Shown here one piece after another: positions 54,210 to 64,000 of a stretch of 64,000 nucleotides of DNA (its first letter is position 1; each line of letters opens with the position of its first letter). The notes beneath the pieces were generated by a model, which saw only the letters and a list, made by a program, of their open reading frames with translations, did no database searches and had not been told where the DNA came from. The DNA lies in assembly GCA_035221665.1 (NCBI GenBank), contig CM069154.1, positions 5,518,001 through 5,582,000 of the forward strand, read 5' to 3'. This stretch comes from Okamejei kenojei. Taxonomy: Eukaryota. The position numbers and the translations under genes were made by a program.

Positions 54210-54900
54210 AATAGACAATAGACAATAGGGGCAGGAGTAGGCCATTTGGCCCTTCAAGCCAGCACCGCCATTCAATGTGATCATGGCTGATCATCCCCAA
54301 TCAGTACCCCATTCCTGCCTTCTCCCCATATCCCCTGACTCTGCTATCTTTAAGAGCCCTACCTAGCTGTTTCTTGAAAGTATCCAGAGAACCGGCCTCC
54401 ACCGCCCTCTGAGCCGATAGAGAACAATTACAGCACGGAATCAGGCCCTACTCAAGCACTTCCTAGTCCGCGCCGACCATTTGTTTTCCCCTAGTCCCAT
54501 CTACCTGCACTCAGACCATACCCCTCCATTCCCTTCAATTCCATATACCTATCCAATTTACTCTTAAATGTTAAAATCGATCCTGCCTCCACCACTTCTG
54601 CTGGAAGCTGATTCCACACAGCCAACACCCTCTGAGTAAAGAAGTTCCCCCTCATGTTACCCCGAAACCTCTGTCCCTTAATTCTCACACTCACAACCTT
54701 CTGTGTGAAAAAGTGTTTCCTCATCTCTGTTCTAAATGGCTTACCCCTTATTCTTAAACTGTGACCCCTGGTTCTGGATTCCCCCAACGTCAGGAACATG
54801 TTTCCTGCCTCTAGCGTGTCCAAACCCTTAATAATCTTATATGTTTCAATAAGATCCCTCTCTTCCTTCTAAACTTCGGAGTGTACAAGCCCAGCCGCTC
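54210..54900 (-). mobile_element. Nested CR1 3' fragments (two subfamilies)
   Basis: The chimeric ORF 54491-54823 contains two FFTQ(K/R)V segments. Two different 3' UTR tails are present. Confidence 0.8.
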
Positions 54901-55200
54901 CGGGTCGGGGCAATTCCTCAGACTGAAAGAAGGGAGCTGGGGAATAGTTGGTGGAACTAGGGTGGAAGGGGGCAAGTGGGGAGGGTGAGTGGTAGTGTTA
55001 GTAGAAGTTACTTAAAGTTAGAGAATTTTCAACATTGCGTACTGCTGGGTTGTAAGCGGAACCAAGCAAAATATGATAGTGCTGTCCTCCAATTTGCGCC
55101 ATGGCCTCACGTTCAACTCACGGTTAAAGGAGGGACGGGCGGGGCACATGTGCGGGGTGATGAGTCGGAGGACTCCTGGAACGTGCTGCCAGGGGTGGTG
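54901..55200 (-). mobile_element. Penelope-like element 3' fragment (ORF end plus degenerate hammerhead repeat)
   Basis: Degenerate RKLE...IFCL..LQPS...FSNFK C-terminus, followed by CAGTCTGAGGAA...GACCCG. Confidence 0.55.
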
Positions 55201-55461
55201 GTTGGAGGGCAGATACGATAGCGGCATTTACGAAGCTTTTAGACAGGACATGGATATGCAGGGAATGGAGGGATTGTGGGTCACTTGAAGGCAGAGGGGT
55301 GTTCGTTTTGATTTTAACCTGGCACCATGTCGGGGGTAGACAATGTGGGGCCGAAGGCCTCGGTTTCTGTTACTGTCCTGTTTAATGTTTTCTTGCTACT
55401 CGGGGGAAATAGGAGAACTATTGTTATTCTAAATTAACATGCTGTTTACATTTTTTTGCAG

Positions 55462-55494
55462 ATGGTTTGCAAAAATCGAAACTCCACAAGCACG
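55462..55494 (+). CDS. Gene B candidate 33-nt micro-exon (stalk)
   Basis: TTTTTTTGCAG| acceptor and G|GTAAGA donor. Symmetric phase 1, open frame DGLQKSKLHKH. Confidence 0.3.
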
Positions 55495-56361
55495 GTAAGA
55501 ATGTAGAGCTGTAATGAAACCATATTGTATTATTTCTCTTTCAAATCGACCGATCCATCTGTTTCATTACACGATTATCATGAATATTATCAAAACCTCC
55601 CCTCCTCTTTATTCTACTCCATTTACTGTCCTATATCTTTACACCATGTATCGTATAAAAACAATATTTAATTATACATACTCCTTTACATCTGCAACCA
55701 CAACACTATCATTATCATCCTATCGTACCACCTCAAATATAAAAATACAAAACAAACCCCAAAACCTTCCAATCCACCCCTCTCTATCCCCCCCCTCTCA
55801 ACCCACCAACCCATTACCCCCCAATTTCCCAAAACACAAACACCCCCCCCAACNNNNNNNNNNNNNNNNNNNNNNNNNNNNNNNNNNNNNNNNNNNNNNN
55901 NNNNNNNNNNNNNNNNNNNNNNNNNNNNNNNNNNNNNNNNNNNNNNNNNNNNNNNNNNNNNNNNNNNNNNNNNNNNNNNNNNNNNNNNNNNNNNNNNNNN
56001 NNNNNNNNNNNNNNNNNNNNNNNNNNNNNNNNNNNNNNNNNNNNNNNNNNNNNNNNNNNNNNNNNNNNNNNNNNNNNNNNNNNNNNNNNNNNNNNNNNNN
56101 NNNNNNNNNNNNNNNNNNNNNNNNNNNNNNNNNNNNNNNNNNNNNNNNNNNNNNNNNNNNNNNNNNNNNNNNNNNNNNNNNNNNNNNNNNNNNNNNNNNN
56201 NNNNNNNNNNNNNNNNNNNNNNNNNNNNNNNNNNNNNNNNNNNNNNNNNNNNNNNNNNNNNNNNNNNNNNNNNNNNNNNNNNNNNNNNNNNNNNNNNNNN
56301 NNNNNNNNNNNNNNNNNNNNNNNNNNNNNNNNNNNNNNNNNNNNNNNNNNNNNGTGTGGTG

Positions 56362-56518
56362 ACACCACACACACACACACTCACTCACACACACTCACAC
56401 ACAACGACCCTCAACATATACACACACACAGGAACAACAACACACCACACACCACAACACACAACACACACACACACGACACACACACATCGCACACACA
56501 CACACACACACACACACA
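56362..56518. repeat. (CA)n microsatellite at gap edge
   Basis: Imperfect ACAC run. Confidence 0.9.
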
Positions 56519-59500
56519 AATGGTAAAAAAAGTTAAAACCAATTTGTTTTTGAACCTAATTGTGTTTTATTGTGTTTTAATAGCCGAATGGCTGTAGGGA
56601 TGGAGCTGTTCCTGAACCTGGTACGTTCCATTTAAAGGACTGCCGATGGCAGATGTGAAATACGTAAGAGCCGTGGGCCATGGTGCTGCTAGTCTCCCGA
56701 TGAAACAGACTGCCAATTGTCACTGCATACAACAAAATGCATGAGTAACATCTCTGGAGAAAAGGAATAGGAGGTGCATTTTGGGGTCAGACCATTCTTC
56801 AGTTGAACCTAAACAAAATGTAGCTTAGTTTAGTGTTTTAAGTTTAAAGATGCTGAAGTGGATCCATCGCCCCGCCATGGCCCACAAGTCCACACTGACC
56901 ATCATCACAGGCCGTTTGCACAAGTTTCGTTTCACTGTTACCCAACTTTTGCACACCTTCCCCATCCTACACACTGGGGGGCAATTTACAGAAGCCCAAT
57001 AAATCTACAAACCTGCACATCTTTGGAATGTGGGAGCAAACCCGGACCACCCGGTCACAGGAGAACTGCAAACACTGCACAGCTAAGACAACATCCGAGG
57101 TCAAGGAATGGAACTCGGGTCCTGGCGCTGTGAGGCAGAGCATCTAACCGCTGCGCCATTTCTGTGGTGCCGCCCACTGGACAACAGGGAGTGACCTCAG
57201 TCGAGACCATTAATGGCAACAAGGAAGTGAAAGGAGGGCCTCAGTGGTGCACTGGTTAGACCTACTCCTCACAGCGACCATATACGATCACCAGCCACAT
57301 TAAGATCATGTTATCCCACTTTCTCATAACCACTCCCTACCCAGAGGAAATTTAAGGAGTGTCAAATTCACATTACTATCCGCCCGTCTTTGGGATTTGG
57401 TGAGGAAACCAGGAGCATCCTGACGAAACCCAGGTGGTCACAGGAATAACCTGCAACCTCCACACCGACAGCACCTGTGGTTCAGAATCGAACCAGATGA
57501 TTGTGCTTTTAGTTTGTGCCTGCCATCACCAAGGCAGTGGAGAAGGCCAAGTTATGGGCACTCGATCAATTTAGGTGCCATGTTATATAGCGTCAAGTGA
57601 ACGATATGTCAAGGATGTGTGACCCATCAGGTATGACGTTCCAGTAAGGTTGTTTTATTTCCCTGGGGCACAACCTGCAGTGGTCATGCCTTACCGTGAA
57701 ACTTCTGCTGGATAATTCCTACTTCTCTTGACCATTTGAGCCTGAAAAATATAATGATAATTAATTCTCATATGATGTCATTGAAGTCAAAACACACAAA
57801 GGATAATGTTGCATTTTTATCCATTGATGTGCAACACTTGATGCAACTTTCATGAAACATGTTCCTTTCCCACTTTGGAGACTTTTTAGGACGACTGCAA
57901 GGAGACTATGCATGTCGCCACATTTTCGCGGTAGGTTTGCAGGGGAGTCGACTTCATGGTCTGAGGAGTTCCCGCATTCCTGGGAACTAGTCGCGGCCGG
58001 TCATAATGGTCGCTGTTGAATTTTGACTTCAACCTATTTCTAGGGCCACCACCTCCTTGAGTACACTGGGGATGCAGACCATCAGGCTCCGGGAATTATC
58101 GTGTCTTCCAGTTCCCCAACAGTTTACTAACACCATATTCTGGCTAGTGTGGAATTCCCTTCAGTTCCTCCCTCCCACTAGAACCTCGTTCCCCAGTATT
58201 TCCAGAGATTGTTTGTGTATTCCTTAGTGAACAGAACCATAAGTACTCGTTTAAAAAACTGTTCTGTCAATCCCTTGTTTCCCATTATAAATCCACCTGT
58301 CCTCTGACTGTAAGGACCTACATAAATCTTCACTAATACTTTTCCTTCTTACATAACGAAATAAGCTTTTACATCAGTTTTTTATATTCTCCAAGCTTCA
58401 TTTCTTGCTCTTTTTCCGTCCCCCCCACTCTTAATCAACCCCTTTGTCCTCCCTCTGTTTTGAGTTCTAAATTTCTCCCCAGTCCTCTGGTTGCCACTTC
58501 TTCTGGCCAATTTAAATGCCTCTTCCTTGGGTTTAACACTATCCTTGACTTCCCTCGTCAGTCACGTTTGAGCCGCCTCCCAGTTTTATTTTGTTCGCTA
58601 GACAGAGATGAACAATTATCTGGAGTCATCCTTGCGGTCTTTAAACCTTTGCCATTGCATCTCCACTGTGAACCCTTTAAGTATAGTTTGCCAGTCCTAT
58701 CCTAGCCAAGTCTCCTTTAATCAAGTTCAGGACCTTAGTCTCTGAATTAACCGTGTCACCTGCCATCCCTAATGCAGGATTCCACTATATTAAGGTCGCG
58801 TGTTGCCCAAGGGCCTTGCACAACAAAGTCGCTAACTAAACCTTCCTCATACACAATACCCAGCTAGGATGGCCTGCCCTCTAGACTCCGGTTTCCTCTA
58901 CATATTGGTTTAAAAACCCATCCCGTATACAATCCAGGAAATCCTCCTTCTCAGTGTATTGTTACCAAAAAGTCACCTCATGATAACCTCTGTACCTACC
59001 TTGCTACATGCATCCCTAGTTTTCCTGCATGAATCTATCCCCAACCTCCCGTACTGCTGTTTGTGGCCTGGTATACAATTTACATTTATACCAAGCAAGC
59101 CAATTAATCTGCAAACCTGTACGTCTTTGGAGTGTGGAGGATACCAAAGTTCTCGAGAAAAAACATGCGGTCATGGGAGAAACATACAAACTCCATAAAG
59201 ACCGACCCATCGTCATGATCGAACCCTGGTCTCTGGCGCTGTAAGGCACAGTTGTATGGTTCGAGAGCTCGAGGAATTTGGCGGAGGAGGATTGGATGCA
59301 GGACAAACATGTTTTCATGAAGTTACTTCCCGCAACTCTAATATAATCTGTGTAGGAAGAACTGTAGATGCTGGTTTACACCGAAGGTAGACACAAAATG
59401 CTGGAGTAACTCACGCGGGACAAGCAACATCTCTGGAGAAGATGTTCCCTGTCTAATATAATCTATTGCATCGAGGAAAAGTAGCAGGGAATTGTCTTCG

Positions 59501-60713
59501 ACCCTCAGGTCGGCCGACTTGGGCTACCGACTAATCCGGGGCAGTTCTTTTTAAACTAAACCAAATACTAATTTAGTCATTTACAAATGAGCTGAGCCTT
59601 GTTTCTGGTGTGACGCATTAGATTGTGAACAGAGAAAGGAGCAGACACATTTAAACTTCAGTGCATGGCCAGTGCTGTATAGTTCATGACTTGATGAATT
59701 CAGTAAAGTTTGTCCACCAGTCATCTCTCCTGCCTCCTCCTGCAATCTTACATCCACCGCTCCTGGACATTTCCAAAGTTCTACTTCAAAACCGCTTTAA
59801 CAATTTCCTTCCGGATAATTTTACTGCATGGAGAGTCAGTGGGGTTTTGACGTGTCATCACTAAGCTAAATAACAGGATGTCGATGTCTGAACCTGCTGG
59901 GAAATATGTTTGTCTCCTTCTGCTTCCCTGAATCATCGTCTCCTGGCTTCCTGTGGCCATCACTTCCTCTGTACCATTTGCAGATAAAAACATTCTTGTT
60001 CAATCTAGATAAGACTGACGCACTTCTGCATATTATTGCAGCTTCCAACCAGATGGTTTTCACAGAACCATCAGTAAAGGAAGCAGGCCCCTTTTGGCCC
60101 ATAAAGCTCATGCTGGCCCATCAAGCAGGCCATTTCCATTCATCTCCACAATCCCATTTTATTCGCCCCATCTTCCTGTCAATTCACCCCAGATTTGACT
60201 CACTCTCATCACACCGCAAACCGATCAAACCAACAGAGAAAGTGGTAAAGGCAAGTCCAATTCCAGCGTTTAAAAGACATTTGGAGAGATACATGAGAAG
60301 AAAGCTTTAAGAGTGATGTGGGACAGTAGCAGAGGAAGGAAATGGGACTAGCGTAGGGAAGCACCTTGGGCGTCAGTAAGGACGAGTTGGGCCAAAGGAC
60401 CTGTCTCTCTGGTGTAAACCCACACGATCAACAGGGAAAAACGTACAAACTCCATACAGACAGCACCCATAGTCCAGGATTGAACCCGGGTTTTCTGGCG
60501 TTGTAAAGGCAGCAACTCTCACCCACTTTGCCACTGTGCCGCCCTGATGCTGCCTGACCCGCTGAGTTACCACCAGCACTTGGTGTCTTTCCCCTGCTGT
60601 TATACGCTAGGTGAATGGTCTGAGTTTGTGAAAGGCACCACAGAGAGAAGTGCCAAATCTACGTAATCAACAAGAGTGCCCCTTGATATTTACGTACATT
60701 CAACGCAACTTAC

Positions 60714-60831
60714 CAGTTTTCTTTTTCTGCCTTGTTTTTACACATAGGATAATGGCAGCGATGAACAGAAGGAAGACAAATTGTCAAGGCAATCGGAAGG
60801 AACAACCTGCCACGGAAATATATCTGCCTCC
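60714..60831 (-). CDS. Gene C transmembrane exon (two 1-nt insertions as assembled)
   Basis: Near-identical to 34346-34461 with the same splice sites. 118 nt versus 116 nt; the extra C and extra T both lengthen short runs. Confidence 0.75.
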
Positions 60832-61451
60832 CTGCAAAATACAAGGAAAAACAAAGACGAGCTCATGGTAATAGACTGATTCCCTCCACAGTAACGAACC
60901 ATGTGTTTCGATCCGAAAGTAAAATTGTGGGACTAGACTTGAATGCAGTGCATGTTAAATTCTAGAACATTATGAGAATAAATCTATTGGTATGTAAGGA
61001 ACTATAAGGTAGTTTACAGTTTAGAGATATGACATTGGCCCATATGACAACAGGCCCTTTGGCCCATTGAGACCATGCTGACCATTTAGGGTTGGCACGG
61101 TGGCGCAGTGGTAGAGTTTGCTGCCTCCTCACAGCGCTGAGACCCGGGTTCGATCCTGACTACCGGTGCTGTCTGTACAGAGTTTGTACGTTCTCCCTGT
61201 GATTGCAAGAGATTTTTCCAGTTTCTCCAGTTTCCTCCCACATTCTAAAGACGTTCGTGTTGGTAGGCTAATTGGCTTCTGTACATTGTCCCTCGTGTGT
61301 AGATCAGAACTGGTGTATGGGGAGATCGCTGCTCAGAGTGGACTCAGTGGGCCAAAGGGTCCATTTCCACACTGTATCTTTAAATTGAGCTGAATTGAAC
61401 TTAACTAATTTGTTCTCAGGTGAGGCTGAGTTGGTTCTTCGAGTTACTAAC

Positions 61452-61608
61452 CTGTTTGGAGGTGTTGAATCAAGAGACTCAACGGAACTTGCTTTCTTGG
61501 TGGTTGGTGCATCTTGAGTCAGGGTGGTGAGAGTGGTTGTGGTGGAAGCCCTTGTGCTTATTGTTGTAGAGGTGGTGGTGACCATGTCTGGGCGTTGTGT
61601 TTGAGACC
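61452..61608 (-). CDS. Gene C stalk exon, mucin-like
   Basis: Same splice sites as 33654-33738. Open frame GSQTQRPDMVTTTSTTISTRASTTTTLTTLTQDAPTTKKASSVESLDSTPPNR. Confidence 0.8.
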
Positions 61609-62111
61609 CTTGTGGAGATAAAGAAAATTAAGTTTTTGAACATTAAATGTCTGAAAGCACGTTCTGTGCCAGTTTAGTGGTGTGGGGGGGAGATTCTTTG
61701 TTTGAATCCCACTACACATATTTGGGCAAAGATCCTTCTGAGGCCACCATAGATGGACCAAGCCTCTTGATCTAGACAGGAGGCTCACCCATTAAGATGC
61801 CACCGGATGGTCGCAAGCATTCAGAGACTTCTTTCATGCCCTTCAGAGTCCCACAGGCTGTGTTATCTTCCTGCTGCTAGAGTTAGGCCCATGTCTTCTA
61901 CGTTGGAGAAGAACTTGGGAGCGGGTGGATTCATGGACTATTTTAATTAGTGGACTGAATTGGAAAATAATACAATTTGGTTGGAGGTATCTACATGAAA
62001 CATTAACTCTCGTTCTCTCTCCACAGATGCTGCCCAACCCGTTGAGTATTTCATCTTGTGCAGTTTGTGCGGCTCAGTGTAAAGTCCATATCAGTCATCG
62101 CATTTTTGTAG

Positions 62112-62670
62112 TTTTTTTTTTAATTTTATTTTCTTTAAATTTTATTTTATTAAAAGTAAGTACAGGAATATGGCACCAAGGTGCCTAATATATATTGACG
62201 TTACATTTTATGTACAATCTTCTTATTATTATTCTTTTTAATAATGAAAAAGAAAAAGAGAGAAATAGATAATAAAAAGATAGAAACATGTTGATATATA
62301 GTGTGTGAGAAAGAAAAAAGTGTGAAAGAAGAAAGTTGAGAAAGAAAAAGAAAAAAGAAAGAGAAAGAGTAGAAGTAAGAGATTAAGGGAGATCGTTATC
62401 TATATTCATGACCATCCCTCTCCCAATCCTAAAACAGTTCGCTTCTACCATTTTGTTGCACCATATGCTTTCCAAAAAATCGACAAATGGAGACCAACTC
62501 GTTAAAAATTGGTCTGATTTATCTATTAGGAGGAATCGCATTTCCTCAAGATGTGCAGTGTCCAACATGTTTGAAATCCACATTTTAAGCATTAGTACAG
62601 CTGTATTTTTCCAAAAGTTAAGTATAAACGTTTTTTTTGCCGTTATTAACCGATAATTAAAAAATAAAAT
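62112..62670 (-). mobile_element. L1-clade 3' end (ORF2 C-terminus, 3' UTR, A-tail)
   Basis: LITAKK..ILNFWK...KMWISNMLDTAHLEEMRF...WSPFVDFLE. T-run at 62112. Confidence 0.85.
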
Positions 62671-64000
62671 CCGGTGGCGCTAATGAAGCCCTAGAGGATA
62701 GCGCCGCCAGCTCCGTAAAAAAATTGGAAAAAAACGGGGTTTTAAAAGACTTACCGGCTGTCTGCTACACACTGCCTTCCGTTTCTATACCGACTGTGCC
62801 GAGTGACGTCATCAGCCGCGCGACTAACTATGTCGACGCCACGGAGCCCTACCGACAAGAGTAAAACCTCGTTCAACCCGACAGAAAGCGGCAGAAGGCC
62901 GAGGTGAAGCCTCGGATTCGAGTAGGACTAGCTCCATGGAAGATGTTTCCAAGAAACCAGGCACAAAAGCGGAAGGTGAGGATTTGAAAACTTTTATATC
63001 TCAACAGATGGCTATTTTAAAAGCTAGAATTAAAGAAGAAAATGAAAGGTATAAAGGAAGAATTAAAGGAAGTAATATGTCAAAATAAACAATCAGATGG
63101 ATCAGATGAAAAATCAACTGAATGAATTTCAAAAAGAAACAATGTTAAAAATTGAAAAAAAGGTCAAGAAAGTATCGGAAGATTTGAAGAAAGAACTTAT
63201 TGAAATGCTTAAGGATAATGGAAAGTAAGATGGAGAAAAAACTTGAAAAGGTTAAAAAAGACTTTCAAAATAAGATTAATCCTATTGAGAATGTGCTGGA
63301 ACAACAGGCAGCTGGCATGAAGAACCTTGAACAGATAGCGGAGGCAAGTACTGAGTCTACAGCAAAGCTGATAACAGAACATGAACGTCTAATGACTTTG
63401 CTGACTAAAACAACAGAGAAATGTACTCAGCTAGAAGGCTATCAGAGAAGACAGAACTTGAGGATCGCAGGGATTCCTGAAGGTCGCGAGAAACACGAAG
63501 ATCTTCGAGAATTCACTGCTAAACTACTCCAAAATGTTTTATCTCTGGATGAAATGCCTTTATTAGCTTGTGCACATAGAGTCGGCAGACGTCAGACCAG
63601 TATAAATGCCCCCCCAAGACAAATGATCATAAAGCTACAATATGATTTTGTTCTGGAGGAGATTATGCGGAAAGCTGCGAGAAATAAGAATTTGACATTT
63701 GAAGGACAAAGGATCAGTATCTATCGAGATTACCCTCCAGAGGTTGCTAGAAAACGGAAGGCTTTTAATGAAGCCAAAAGCCTAATGAGGGGTGTAGAAA
63801 ATCTGAGATACGGTTTGAATTACCCAGCCATTCTAAGAGTTACTTTTAACACAGTGGAGCATTTCTTTAAAACCCCAGAAGCAGCCTTGGATTTCGCAAA
63901 GCAGTTCAAGCCTTGAAAAGTATTTACAAGCAAACATACTGACTTTTACTATTTTTAGAGACCCAACATGGAGTCTCAACACTACCAGCAGCCTTGGATT
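62671..64000 (+). mobile_element. L1-clade 5' UTR and ORF1 (runs out of the window)
   Basis: GC-rich start CCGGTGGCGC. ORF 63200-63916 has a coiled coil, RRQNLRIAGIPEG, AHRVG, ISIYRDY...RKAF and YPAILRV (L1 ORF1p RRM/CTD). The ORF probably starts further upstream with frameshifts. Confidence 0.9.

Larger units (their letters stand above)
56520..62105 (-). repeat. Inverted segmental duplicate of 33135-35605 plus 41426-44380 (3' half of gene A; called gene C)
   Basis: Colinear reverse-complement match across unique intron sequence, exons and shared SINE/CR1 insertions. Confidence 0.95.

Noticed and set aside
61094-61165. tRNA gene-like A/B boxes (here and in other copies)
   Set aside because: These are SINE heads continuing into the SINE body, not tRNA genes.
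1-64000. Rearranging (RSS-flanked) antigen-receptor segments, CRISPR arrays or prokaryotic operons
   Set aside because: The V exon includes its own G strand and ends in a splice donor, with no heptamer/nonamer seen. The sequence is eukaryotic with no repeat-spacer arrays.

Overview
Vertebrate genomic DNA, most likely from a cartilaginous fish (skate or ray). This is inferred from dense HE1-like tRNA SINEs, CR1 LINEs and Penelope-derived repeats. The window has three N-gaps (156-655, 35941-36073, 55854-56353) and several indel-rich, low-quality stretches. Most of it is transposable elements: DIRS, CR1, L1, a Crack/L2-group LINE, Rex1, L2, a hAT MITE, a solo LTR, SINEs and Penelope-derived repeats carrying a minimal hammerhead ribozyme motif. 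The host content is a small cluster of CD300/CMRF35/pIgR-like single-Ig-V receptor genes that the ORF track only partly shows. Gene A (+) has phase-compatible exons: leader 20376-20472, V 32009-32329, stalk 33654-33738, TM 34346-34461, cytoplasmic 43197-43249 and a disrupted ITIM-bearing last exon at about 44803-44960. Its family-typical C-X7-C pair reads S-X7-S. Gene B is a degraded divergent Ig gene (+, about 47300-55500). Gene C is an inverted near-copy of gene A's 3' half (-, about 56520-62105) with a stalk 24 aa longer and rich in Thr. Repeat boundaries are approximate unless target-site duplications (TSDs) are quoted.
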